NCBI GenBank assembly: GCA_040285855.1 | Contig: JAUFOQ010000016.1 | Coordinates: forward strand, 2,666,001 to 2,730,000 | DNA from: Eukaryota sp. GEM-RC1 | Taxonomy: Eukaryota | Length of the DNA: 64,000 nucleotides | Reading direction: 5' to 3' | Shown: positions 26,641 to 39,111 of the stretch, one piece after another | Position numbering within the stretch: position 1 is the first letter of the stretch | Layout of the letters: every line of letters starts with the position of its first letter | Notes under the pieces: model-generated | The model's database searches: none | Told to the model about the DNA's origin: nothing | The model's input: only the letters and a program-made list of their open reading frames with translations | Program-made: the position numbers and the translations under genes

Positions 26641-27015
26641 ATATCAAAATAAATGTTGTTGTAACATTAAGGATAATTTGACCGAAAAGATCGTAGGTAA
26701 ATGTACAATTGTTACAAAGACACAGTTTTGTTAGGAGTGCTAACTTAGCACTACACTTAGGATATCAAGTGTGGTAGATACACTAAATATGTGAACATAT
26801 GTGTTGAGAACAGAATTGACATTGATCAACGTATTATTTATCACTGGTTGGACGGCTACGTAAAGTCATCAAATGCCAATTCCATACTGAATGCATATGA
26901 AGATAAATAACTCTTGAAACATGATTAATACAACATATATCACGAAACTTTTCTGTAAAAAAAACAACAAAGTGAAAAAGAAATGTACAATAAACAAAAA
27001 CAATAAACAACTATC

Positions 27016-30000
27016 CTATGATCTAAAAACTTCCTCAATCTCATCTTCTTCTTCTTTTTTAGACGATACACTTGAACTTGCCATAGTTTCTAGGGCAACA
27101 GAAGTGTCCATTGACTTCATTGAAACGTTTTCTTCATTAACAATTGTTGAAGAAACGTGTAATTTAAATTGCTGTAAACTCATTAATCTCTCTTCAATAG
27201 AGTCCAATGTAATTAATCTGTAAACGTTTACAGTCCTTTTCTGACCCAATCGATGAGCCCTATCCATCGCTTGGAGGTCTTCCTGAGGGTTATACGAGTG
27301 TTCAAACATTACAACTGTATCAGCTGCTTGAAGATTAAGTCCTAGGGAACCGATAGAAGTTGTGAGAAGCAGAATTGAAATATTTGGCGAAAACGAAAAT
27401 TCATCGACAACGCTTTGACGATGCGTGACTGGAATATCACCATCTACTCTTAAAAATTCAAGACGACAAAACAATGGAAATACCAATTTTTCAATAAAAT
27501 CTAGTGATTTCTTGTGTTGTGCAAAAATTAAAATTTTGTGATCAATGGACGGTTCCAATGTATCTTCATTAATTAAGTTCAAGCCACACTGAGTTAGCAA
27601 GTCAACCAAAGCAATCAACTTGGCTGAATGATGATACACTGAAGCGTCATCAATCACGTCATGGAAATACGGATATGTCAAAATTCGGAGCTCTTTCTGA
27701 TCTCTCGACATTTGAGTAGTATCTGACTTGTCCAACCAAGAGAGAACTCCTTTTGAACAGCAGTAAGTTGACAATAAATATCGGTAATAATCTTTGGTGG
27801 AAGATCTTTTAACACATCTTCTTTCTTCCTTCGTAAAATAAATGGTAGTAACTGACGATGTAGAGCAAAAAGTGCTAGAGCGGCCTTTTCGTTGTCTTTT
27901 CCATCTTTTAAGGCCATGATTGGTCTAGTAAAGCTCTTGTTAAACTTCGATTTTGAACCAAAGTAACCGGGCATTAAAAAATCGAACAAACTCCATAGTT
28001 CAATAACGTTATTTTGAATAGGAGTTCCGGTCAAAATTAATCGATGATTGCCTTGAATTCCCTTGACCGACTGTGTTAGACGTGACGTTGGATTTCTGAT
28101 CAAGTGACCTTCATCCAAAATGACATAATCGAATAACGTGGATGAAAACCAATCGGCATTAGAACGAACATACTCATAAGAAGTAATCAGCAGCCCATTC
28201 TTATGAATATTTAAAAATTGCTCAGCTGCAACACTTCCAGTAATGAATATAAACGAATTCATATTCGGAAACATCGTCTGACATTCCTTATGCCAATGGG
28301 TAACGACAGACGGAGGACAAACAACAAGTGAAGGTAGAGTTGAAGATGAAGCAGACAATATACATAAAGTTTGAATTGTTTTACCTAAACCCATATCATC
28401 AGCAAGAATACCGTGGAGATTGAACTTTTGAAGGAAATTTAGCCATAAGATTCCTTCCTTTTGATATGGTCTAAGAGAGAAGGGGTAATCTGAAATATTG
28501 AAATATTTTGAAAAGTTTTCGACTTGAGAGTGTTGAATGGTTGTGAGTTCGTTCAAAAGGCCTCGTCTTTTTTTAATATTTCAGAGGCAGAGTGTATATG
28601 TGGGATGGACGACTCATGTCGGCCAGATAGTGAAATAAAACTAAAAAGCTTGCTGAAGCAGAGATTCGCAAGAGAATTCAAAATAATATTAGTTTTGTCG
28701 GAAATATGGTTAATACACTTAATAATTAAAGACGGAACAAATGGAATTAATAGTGTTCCATTAAGTTCTAAATATTTAAAAAAGAAGAAAAAACTGCTAG
28801 TAATAAATACAACATCATTCCCATTAATGAAGTTTAGGAACAATTGAACTAGTAACGAATTTTGTGAATTCATGACAAATTTAACCAGCAACTCAAAACA
28901 AAGACAGAATTTTGAAGAAATTAAAAATTCTTGAATGCTACCCACATCTTGAGACTCATCAATATCATTGACAGTTAGCATTATCAATGCACTGAGTGTA
29001 GAAAATACAGCTGACAGAAACGGGAGAAATGTGTGAATAATTGAGTTATCAACTGAAGCAGAAAAGGCAGTGATAGCAGATAGAATTTTCAAAATGCTCC
29101 AGAGATTGATGTTTTCATTCAATAAACTTTGAAAACGTTCAATAAAAGATGGAGAAATTTCAAAAGTTGAGGTCCGCAAAATTTGACGAAATAATTTAAA
29201 AACAATCGACAATTTCGCTGAGGTATAAGTTCATCACTTTGTAAAAATGAAAACACTTTGGAAACCACCAATGAAACGGGAGACTTAACACGAGTTCTAG
29301 ATTGAAACGTCAAGAAAGCAAAGTTTTTACAGTAAAAATCGGCAACAACCACATCGTCCTCCGTTTCCAAGGAATATAGAAATATTTTAATTATTGGACC
29401 GAGTTTTTCAGGATAATTATCACTAGGTGAACTCGAAATAATTGAACAAAAGAATGATGATAGTGTGTTTTCAAGATATTTGAAAATTCGTTGAGACGAA
29501 GAAATCTCTTCACTTAAAAGAGAGGTTTTTGTACAATCTCAGCATCATCAGAACTCGTCAAAAAATTCAATAGTTCAGTTCCTTTAGCAATAAAATTATT
29601 TACATCAGACACAGTCGACTCAAAATTTACATTTTTAATTTTCATTGTGTCTTCCAAATCCAAAACACGGCTGGCAATATTCTTTAATGATTCCTGAATC
29701 TCGGGTGAAATCAATTCCACGTGAGATTTAGATAGCTCCTGTTGTAGGAAACTCTTCAATTGAATGCCATTATCAGCACTATCTTGTAAATGACTGTTAG
29801 CAAAACAAAGAAAAATTAAAGCATAAATTGTTGAATTGTAACTGTTTTTCGAATACATGTGAGTAAAGATTGAGAGGAATGTATCGGAACAAGACTGAAT
29901 TAGGCTAGATAACAGAGTGACAAAGAAGTTACCAGTAATAAGGGCATGACTAAAAGCCGATGAATATTCGCATAGTTTGGGATAGCATTCAGATAAAAAC

Positions 30001-31492
30001 AGAGATTTCAACAATTGCGATCCCTCATCTGAATTGTGTACATCAATTCGAGATCCAATTATTTTAAAAAGATCCAATATTTCATTCAAAAATGAGAAAT
30101 CTCTGATGACGTATTCTGGGGTACATTGATCAGCAAAGAGGTCAGAACTAATTGATTGATCAAACAGAAATTCCAATAATACTGATGGCAACAGTGACGT
30201 CAAAATCTTCGAAATTGAGTTAGTTAGTGACTCAATAGTTTTAGAATCTGAAAGGAAAACTCGTTGTCTAACAGCATTAAAAGCTATGGCAGATAAACTA
30301 CACTTAGCTTGTTCCCTGACAGTAAATAACTCATGATTTAAAAAGGGAACAATAAATAAACATAAATCCTCAAAGCTGAAGTATGAAAAATCACGAGAAC
30401 CGTAAATGATTTTTAAAATTTTCAATATAGGAACAGATGCTGCTGAGAGATCATCGAGGTACTTTCGTGAAAAATCAAGTAAACATTGGGTATATTCAGT
30501 GTATTTGTCGAATAAAATCAATAAGAAGTCTTCAAAAGTCAGCAGAAGGTCCAAACAATTGGCAACAACGTCATCCTCGATTGTAGATGATGTGTTACCA
30601 GACAGAGTATGAAATATTGTTAGAAAAATGACTTCCTTTTGTTTTTCTGTGAATAGATTATTTAAATTTCTGAGGATGAAACAAGAAGCATTCATTAAAT
30701 GTGCTTCAGCCGACTGGTTTCTGAACAAATTAAAGAATTCCAAGCAGATTTCGTCAAAAATGAAATTCTGAACAGGTTCTAATATTCGCCCATATTTTAA
30801 AAACAATACTCTCAATAATTTTGACGTACACTCTGCAGTGGGATAAAAAACCACATCTCCCATAAAATCCCTTAATCGATCACGATATACAGAGGAAATA
30901 ATTGAGCTCAAAAGACAATCAACATTAAGAATAGAGAACAGTTGCGGAATGTGATTGATAACCTGATAGAGTAGAATAGAACACCCATGGCGGAGGGTCC
31001 AGTCCTCTGACTCTAAAAGAGACGGGAGACATGAAACAAGAAGAGGGAAGGATGTGTCAAAAGTAGAGAAATCAACAGAAAAGAAGGACTTCTTCTTTTT
31101 GGGGTAATTGGGGGAGCCTTGCGTTTCTTTCCAGGAACAGAGGAAGTAGATACATCATCTATTTTAGCAGATCCAAGATGTGGTAGAGAAACGAGAGTAG
31201 AAGTGTTAAGAGAGAATAGGGAAGAAAAGGAAGGGTACTCGGAATCAACATTTAGAGGAAACAGTTGACGTGCAAAGGGAAGGATTCTGTCAAGGCAAAC
31301 CCCAGCAGAAACTCGAACTCTGAATTTCGGGTAGTTAAGGAGGTCAATTACACTAGAAACAGCTTGAGGAACTAGAGAAGGTGTACAAAGAAGGAGATCT
31401 TCAAACTGCTGAGCAGCTAGAGACTGAATGGAGTCAGATGGATCGGATGATAGTAGGACAGTTATCCGATGAATTCGAGCATCCAATGACAT
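27016..31492 (-). CDS. BTAF1: TATA-binding protein-associated SNF2 ATPase Mot1/BTAF1 (~1,490 aa)
   Basis: N-terminus MSLDARIHRITVLL..AAQQFED, WTLRHG and HEAT region, then LRPYQKEG..HGILADDMGLGKTIQ, DEGHLIRN, LTGTPIQNNVIELWSLFDFLMPG, QAMDRAHRLGQKRTVNVYRLIT. The ORF breaks I checked (~28556, ~27752) are homopolymer shifts. Confidence 0.92.
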
Positions 31493-31889
31493 TTGATCTA
31501 ATTTTTCAGTAACTGAATCTCAACTCAAAAGAGTTTGATTTTCCATATATCGATATTTATGGTGTAGGTGAAGATACTACGGTGATATGCAGATCGTACA
31601 ACAGAGTGATAGGTTATTGATCTGTATAACAGTAAGACGATGATCTTCTAAACTTACCATGTTGTGGGGAAGTTATGACCGAGCTATGTTGAAATGAAAT
31701 CTAAATCCCCTTTCACCACTCTTTCTGATGACTTGTGTCTTCTTTTTTTCTTCTTTTAAAAAAAATAAAAAATTTAAACAATACTAAGTTATTGCCATAT
31801 TGATATACGTGAGGTGTCTTATGATATGTACAAATCTAATATTCTGGTAGTTGTAAAATTGAAACATTTTCAAAGCATTAAATTGCATA

Positions 31890-32150
31890 TCATGTGTTTG
31901 ATTGATTCTCCTCGTGGCGATCTAGTTGGTCATTTCGTGGCTTCTCTAGTTGTGCTTTATTATACTACAGTTGATCCATGTGCAAGAGTTTGAAAGGACT
32001 CAGTTTTGAATTCCTTTAGTGGCCACCATGATACTTTTAGGAAATGTTGACGGAAACTTAATGAATATTTAGATTCTTCAAGTGCATTTGGGAGTTTTCT
32101 TAATTCCATTTTTGGTAATTTTCAGGTACAGGTTTACATAATAAATTATA
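31890..32150 (+). mobile_element. Degenerate RLE non-LTR remnant
   Basis: Translates to ..DSPRGDLVGH..YTTVDP.., similar to the 39563-39892 remnant; heavily decayed. Confidence 0.35.
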
Positions 32151-32844
32151 TTAAAATATACTTCAGATTTTCCTATCTTTTTTACTATACACAGCTTTAT
32201 CTTCACAAAAGGAACTCACAGATAGTAAAGCTTTAGAGATGATTAAGGGAATTGTTTAAAAAACAGTATTAGCGATACGATTCAACTAATACGAATGATC
32301 AAAGAACTTGTACATTCTCATTTTTACGATTCTTTTCGAAATCGTTTAGAATACTCAATACACTTTTCCCTAAACGGTCGTAAATTGTTAGATCAAAAGG
32401 ACAAAATTCAACATGGTTTATCTGCATTAGATAAATCAATGATTTTTGTATTTATGATGTTGTTCCGAATTGTAAAGTAAATTTATAAAATTGTAATAAT
32501 AAACGTTCGGCCGGAAGCCGTCCGACCCACGATAGAAGTGGTTCCTAATAGTTGATGATACCAGAATCAATTGGTTAGAATCTTGGTAAATTCTGGTAGA
32601 AACAGAGTGGACGTGAAAAATGTGAGTGATGGGTATCCACAAGAAGGACTAACAACTTGTGTAATTGAACTTGAAGAAGATGATGGAGTCAACAAAAAGT
32701 CGGGTAGATGAAAAGTGTCAAGAATATATTATGGACTATGCCATAGATGGGAAAAAATGAAAGTACATTATGTATTTATCTACTGTTGTTACATTATCTT
32801 GATTATTATCAAACGCTAAAAAAGTAATTTAAGTATACATCAAA

Positions 32845-35800
32845 CTAATCATTGAGACTCCAATCAGACGTAGTTGGTCCTGTTCTAGTGTAAAGACCAG
32901 AGCTAGACTGTTCACTTTCATAAACTGAGGCAAAACCTCCTGGAATGGCGATACTATGAACAGAGACCCCTTGTCCAATTTGGACTGATACCAAGGAATT
33001 TCTGTCAAATACCTGACTTCCAATTGTTACCAAGTTGGCGGGAAGAATAACATTAGTTAACTTATTCTCATAAAAGGCGCGAAACGCAATATCAACCACA
33101 TTATCAGAAAAGATCACTTCAACCAGTTGATTACCTTTAAAGGCTGCTTCACCAATAGAGGTCACATTGCCTGGGAACGTGATCTCAGTCAATTTGTTAT
33201 TTTCAAATGCAAACAGTACAATAGTGACAAGCATTTCAGGTAACACAACAGATTCCAACTGATTGTCAGAAAAAGCACCTTGACCTATTGAACTAACTGA
33301 AGGAGGTAGATTGACCGACGTCAACTTATTATTTGCGAATGCATAACCACTAATGGTAGTAAAACTGACGGGGAAACTTACACTAGTTAACAAATTGTCA
33401 TTGAACGCACTTGATCCAATGCTAGTTATACCATCATGGAAAACCACAAATTCTATTTGGTTAGAAGCAAATGCGAAACTACCGATAGAGATTATGTTCT
33501 CAGGAATGTCAACAGTCGCAAGGGAATTTGCTTGAAACACGGAATTTTCAATGGTTTTAAGTCCAGAACCCAGAACTAAATGTTCCAGTTTGTTACTTAT
33601 AAATGCCATTGATAAGATATCTGTAACAGAATCTGGGATGACGAGATCAATCAATTGGTTTTCACCAAACGCAATAATTCCAATAGTTTTTAGAGAACTA
33701 CCCAGTATTAGTGTTGATATCTGATTGTTTCGAAAAGCCCCCAGACCAATAGAGGTCACACTTGATGGCACAATAAGATCAGTCAAATGGTTGGAAAAAA
33801 ATGAGTGCGTGCCAATAGAAACAAGAGAATCAGGCAAAGTGATGGATGATAATTGATTTTCCCTGAAGGCATTATCTGGAATTTGAGTAACTCCATTGGG
33901 AATAACAAGGGAAGAAATAGAGTTTCCAGAGAGTACATTGGATCCCAAGGTAGTAACACTATCAGGAATTACTAATTCCTCAAGGTTATTGTTTTTAAAA
34001 GCACTGTCCCCGATAGATAACAATCCAGAATTAAGAGTAAGACTAACAATGAAGTTATCCTTGAATGCACTTCCCTCAATAGTCTGAACACTGTCTGGAA
34101 TTACAACAGAAGTTAAACCCTTATCCTGGAAAGCTGACTCACCAATTGTAGTGATCACGTCACCATTAAGACTGGTAGGAATTACAACATTGAACCCAAA
34201 AGAAGCGTTATAACCAGTAATGGAGTTACTAACGGAAGTAAAACCATGACGTGTCATTGAAACTGATTCTGTCTTAGAAGTAAAAATTTGGATTGTCACA
34301 GTTCGATCAAAATAATTAGGATGTATCACAGTTAGTTCATAATCACCAGCAATCAAATCAAGAACAATGTGGCCTTCTTCATTTCCGTCAACAATCAAAT
34401 TTTGATTGATGAGTTTAACACGAGGATTGGGAATTGGTTCAGAATTAACATCATCAAGGATGATTAGTTCCAATGAAAGTAAGAAATCAAGAGAAACGTC
34501 AACAAACTTGTCACTATCAGACACTGTAACATTGATTGACTTGGGATCATAACCTTCCAAATAGAAATTGAGCTCATAATGACCAGTAGGAAGAGGTTCG
34601 ATCTCAAACTGACCATCATCGTCAGTAAATACGTCATCAAGGACATCACCAAAAACAAGAACACTCGGGAGAGGAACTGAATCGCTAGTAACTGTACCTG
34701 AAACATTAAATGTTGGTGCAAACAAAAGAGAAACATTGACAAACACGTTAAAGTCAGATATAGTGACATTAACAGACTTTGAATCGTATTTATGTAATTG
34801 AAAGTTTAGTTCGTATATACCATTTACAAGAGGCTCAAGTGCAAATAACCCATTTTCATCACTGTAAACGTCATCAAGGTCATCACCAAACACAAGAACA
34901 CCCGGGAGAGGAACTGAATCGCTAGTAACTGTACCTGAAACATTAAATGTTGGTGCAAGCAAAACAGAAACATTGATAAACACGTTACTGTCAGATACTG
35001 TGACATTAACAGACTTTGGGTCGTACTTTTCTAGTTCAAAGTGTAGCTCATAGTCTCCATTGACAAGAGGTTGAAGCTGGAAAGATCCATCGTCAACAGT
35101 ATACACGTCATCAAGGTCATCACCAAAGACAATAACACCTGAAAGAGGAACTGAATCACTAGTAACTGTACCTGATACAATGAAAGTATTTAAAGAAAGA
35201 GAAACATCAACAGTCTTATCATTGTCAAACACTGTGACATTTACTGACTTAAGATCATAACCTATAAGTTCATAAGTGAGTTCATAAACTCCATTAGTAA
35301 GTGGACGAAGCTCATAAAAGCCATCATCATCACTGTAAACGTCATCAAGGTCATCACCAAAGACAAGAACACCTGAAAGAGGAACTGTATCGCTAGTGAC
35401 TGTACCTGAAACAAGGAAAGTTGGAGGAGCGGATGAACGTAAGAAAAAGAATAATAGAAAAGCTAAGATAACAAGAACAACACAAGATAAACCAATAATG
35501 ATGTTACGTTGAGTCCCAATCAAATTCCAGTTGTCCTTTACTTTAGTAATCCACGGTGACGTAGGTTCTGGATCTTCTTTAAACTCTAACACTACATCTT
35601 TCATTTCTGTACTATCAACCTTTGAATAGGAGATCACGTCATGAACAAGTTGATCAGAGTCAGATGATTGGTTAGTGACTTCAATAGGAGAAGCTGTAAC
35701 AGTTTCAATCACAATATCAGGGTTAATATCCGATTCCACCACAGATTCTTCACTAGTGGAATCACTGGTGGAAGTCAAGTCCTTCTTGATTTCAGAAGAA

Positions 35801-38800
35801 AGAGATTTCTCAAAGACAACTTCCTCTTCAGACTTCTCAGAATCCTCTTTCTCTTCTGATTGTTCAATTACCTCCACGTGATGTTCAGCCATGGGAGGAG
35901 AGAGGGAGCCACTGGGAGTAACGAGAGGACTATCATTCAAAAGCTGTTTCTTCTTCAAATTAGCTTCTTGTTGACCAAGCCTCTTGAAGACTCCTATTCT
36001 ACGGAAAAACAAACACATTGCAAGAGATTCAGATGCATGGTCAGGATCGAGAGAAAGACAAGCAATCATGATTAATTTAGGTGAATAAAACATGTTAAAA
36101 CGAAGAACTGAAGTTAACAAACAGTTTCTATAAGGAACGTGTGGTTGACCACTAGTTACAGCAGACAACACACCTTCTAAAAAGAAGAGAGATTTGTTAT
36201 GATCAGTACATTGCTTAAACATTGGACTCTGTTTGTCTGGTAGATCGGAATTCTGAATTGGAGCTGCTAGATCAACAAAACATAATTTACTATTAGTTTC
36301 TTGAGTTTTCGAGACCAACTGAATTGAAAGAACAAAATGAGATCTTGTTGATCCTAGATTGGACTTTGATCGTTCACATTGCCTTAAATCATTTCCATTA
36401 GAAAGTAATTCTAGAGCTTCACGTAAGGTTGAGACTTTATTCTGGGAAAGTCCTGGAATTGACGTGATCTTGGCGTTGTTACAAACACTGGAAATAACAG
36501 CAGAATTCAGTAATGTAGGCGACTTCTTACCATGTGTATCGGATGACGCTTGCATGAGGTCATAAATCGCATCATCATTTAAACGTAGAAAAGAGATCAA
36601 TACTTCCTGGTCGTCAACAAGACGATGAAAGATAGAATGAAGTGACAAAGGAATCAGACCAATAGTCTCTTGTGAAATACACGTGGGAGAACCAAAGAAA
36701 GTATAAGTCTTACCACTAGCTACTCCACCATAGGTAAATAAGGTAGAAGAAACGTTGTTGAAAAGGTCTCCAACAGCAGGAGCTGCAACTTCCTCATAAA
36801 CTTGTATGTTTTCTTTAGTAAGAATAGAAGTAAAAGGAAATGACGACTTAGGACCATTAACTGGAGTTCCTTGAGCAGAACTCTTAGAAATACAAATAGA
36901 GACAGAGTTATCAGTTGGTGTGTCTATATAAACAGTCTCAGCATTAGTGGGTTTAAGTCGACAGTAAGCACTAAGTGTACCAGTCTTTGGAGTAGCAGAT
37001 GACCTGGAAGTAGAGCTTTGGAGGGAGGAATTGAGAAGGAAGACGTTAAGAAAAGGGTGATGACATTCGGGATCTTCAAGATCCTGCGAAGATACTGTGT
37101 TGTGATCGTTATCTTTGAGAGAATGAGATAGTGTTAGAGAGTTCAAATTCTTGATGTACTTGTTAAGATCATGAGATGGAGAAGGAGTATCGGAATGAAG
37201 ACGGAACAGAAGCAGAGTAGGATCTTGTGCCAGATTGTGATCTAAAGTGAAAAAGGATTTATCAGAAGGATCAATGGATATGGCAGGTCCACGTATATCA
37301 CTAATTAAGAGGGCTTGTACTTTGAGATAAATGGGGTTAACTGGAGATCTTTCATGGAGTTTCTGAACAACTAGTGACAGCTGTTCCCATGGATCTTGAG
37401 GAATCACGTGACCCAAGGATTGGAGACGTTGGAGGTACCCTTTGATTATCTGTTGGGATGTGGTGACATCCAGATCTTTATGTGTTCCTGAAAATCCAAT
37501 ATCCTCAGATACATTGGACAGGTCTTGAGGAGCAACATTGAAGACGACAGATGAAAAGGTCTCAACAAATGTCCGATAACATTGGAACGCGAAACAATGA
37601 TCAGTGATTTTGGCGAGTTCTTCTACAACGGAATCGTTGAGTCCAATGTTTAAAACTGATATTAGATCGGGTAACAAGACAAAACAAACCAACTGAATCT
37701 ATGGCTGTTGCATCATACTGTTGTTCCACTGCGAGATAAAGAGGGTTCTCGGATGAACCGAACTTCAACCCTGTAGTTTTTTCTAGCTCTTGAATCAGTT
37801 TAATTGAATCATGATTCGTGCTGAGCGCCAGAGCATGGGTTAAGGGAAAAGAGTTACCCTGAAACAAGGGAAAAAGTGATAGTATATACTCGTAGCTCGT
37901 AAGTGAAGCCAGTAGGGCTGTTAATGGGAGATGGGAGTTTCTCCCACTCCCAACACGTGTTCTCCCACTCCCAGTCCCACCTCCCACTTGTCATAGGTGA
38001 GACTCCCACTCCCACTCCCAACAAATTCTCCCAACTCCCACCCAACTCCCATTTTTGTATCTTCTAGTACAATGACACTTTACTTTATAAACATAACAAT
38101 CACTAACTCTATCTCTGATTCATGAACAACTCTCTCATCTCCCGACCTTTGAACCATGATTTCAAACAAAGGACTACTTCAATAGAATCACTACTCAAGG
38201 AAGCTCGTAACTTCGTAACAACACACCCTGCCTGAGAAAATAACTGTTCACTTGGAACTGATGAGGCTTGTGTTGTCATAAAGTTCTTAGCATACAATGT
38301 ATGCGGATAGTCGTGAATACCTGTTGAAACACAACACATTTTGTATTTTAAACCAAATTCAGTAATAATTTCTTCCACAGCATCGGCAATGTTGATGGCA
38401 GTGTTGTTTTCTTTCAAGTGCTTAAAACCGTGGACGTACATTGTAAATGTTTAAATTCCAGTCTTCAATACAGTGAACTGTTACCCCATTAAAATGCTTG
38501 TTTGTATTCGATGTCCATCTATCAATCCTAATAGATACTTTAGAAGAATTACACACATTTTTGAATTTATCTATCAAGTATCCTTTAAATGACTCATAAA
38601 CATTCAACATATCATTTCTTATCGTGGTTCTTTTTGGAATTTTGAAACTGAAAGAGAGGAAACAAATTCAATAAAATCAGGATGTTTAAACAGACCAGAG
38701 TTTTCAGGATCTTCAGATAAATCAAGCGATGACATTGGTTGAAATTTACAGATAAACAACCACGCTCTTTATAAAACGAAAATAAATAAAACAAAACAAA

Positions 38801-39111
38801 GACAGTAAAAATGTAATACACCTAGTCCTATTAATATTCTAGAAAAATTATAACTGTATTTGTCTAGCTAGCTTGTTTCTGTTTTAAATTGAAGTTAGAG
38901 TTGTGTCTGTAAATGGGAGATGGGAGATTTTGGGAGTTCCCACCTCCCAACGGAGAGCTCCACTCCCACTCCCACTCCCAAAAATTGCTACTGAGCTCCC
39001 ACTCCCACTCCCAAGGGTCATGGGAGATGGGAGTTGGGTGGGAGTTGGGAGAAATGGGAGAAATTGACAGCCCTAGAAGCCAGGGACTTGTAGGTTGTTT
39101 GCCAGACTCAT
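32845..39111 (-). CDS. Single-pass membrane protein: PPDK-N-terminal-like domain - kinesin motor domain - acidic linker - TM - 4-5 carboxypeptidase-regulatory/Ig-like repeats - BspA (TpLRR/LRR_5) repeats
   Basis: Continuous 1615-codon ORF 37692->32845. PPDK-like: QVPGFT, ELEKTTGLKFGSSENPL, VLNIGLND..FQCYRTFVETFSSVV..IPQDPWEQL. Kinesin (~36985-35990): YCRLKP, TYGGVASGKTYT, NLGSTRSH, FVDLAA, HVPYRNCLLT. TM IIIGLSCVVLVILAFLLFFFL (~35441-35503). LRRs of type IPDSVTSIGxxAFxxNxL (~34150-32960). The 5' exon (ATG at 39111) is recovered by removing the hAT at 37913-39075 and two short introns. Confidence 0.85.
34500..35425 (-). repeat. Four ~235-bp intragenic tandem repeats encoding Ig-like/CarboxypepD_reg domains
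   Basis: VSGTVTSD(S/T)VPL(S/P)GV..FGDDLDDV occurs four times; the DNA ACTGTACCTGA recurs near 34691, 34928, 35166 and 35399. Confidence 0.9.
37656..37689 (-). other. Putative 34-nt spliceosomal intron
   Basis: GTTTGT...CTAATATCAG, with a branch-point-like CTAAT 5 nt before the 3' end. Removal joins AIDSV to VLNIGLND in frame, matching PPDK MMDTVLNLGLND. Confidence 0.7.
37913..39075 (-). mobile_element. Internally deleted hAT (Ac-like) DNA transposon, 1163 bp
   Basis: TIR TAGGGCTGT(T/C)AAT; 8-bp TSD GAAGCCAG (37905-37912, 39076-39083); dense subterminal CTCCCA/TGGGAG repeats; transposase relics IDRWTS..GVTVH and QASSVPSEQLFSQAG..LCLKSW. Confidence 0.93.

Noticed and set aside
34500..35425. 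CRISPR-like or non-coding repeat array
   Set aside because: The units are in-frame protein domain repeats with no unique spacers.
32845..35425. Bacterial contamination explaining the BspA/Ig-like region
   Set aside because: It is in frame with a eukaryotic kinesin domain and lies among eukaryotic genes and TEs with similar composition. Ancient horizontal transfer of the module remains plausible.
37921..39065. TGGGAG/CTCCCA arrays as telomeric repeats, G-quadruplex elements or CRISPR; ORFs 37854-38045 and 38913-39113
   Set aside because: They lie just inside a hAT TIR/TSD pair and are subterminal transposase-binding repeats. The ORFs are translations of these repeats.
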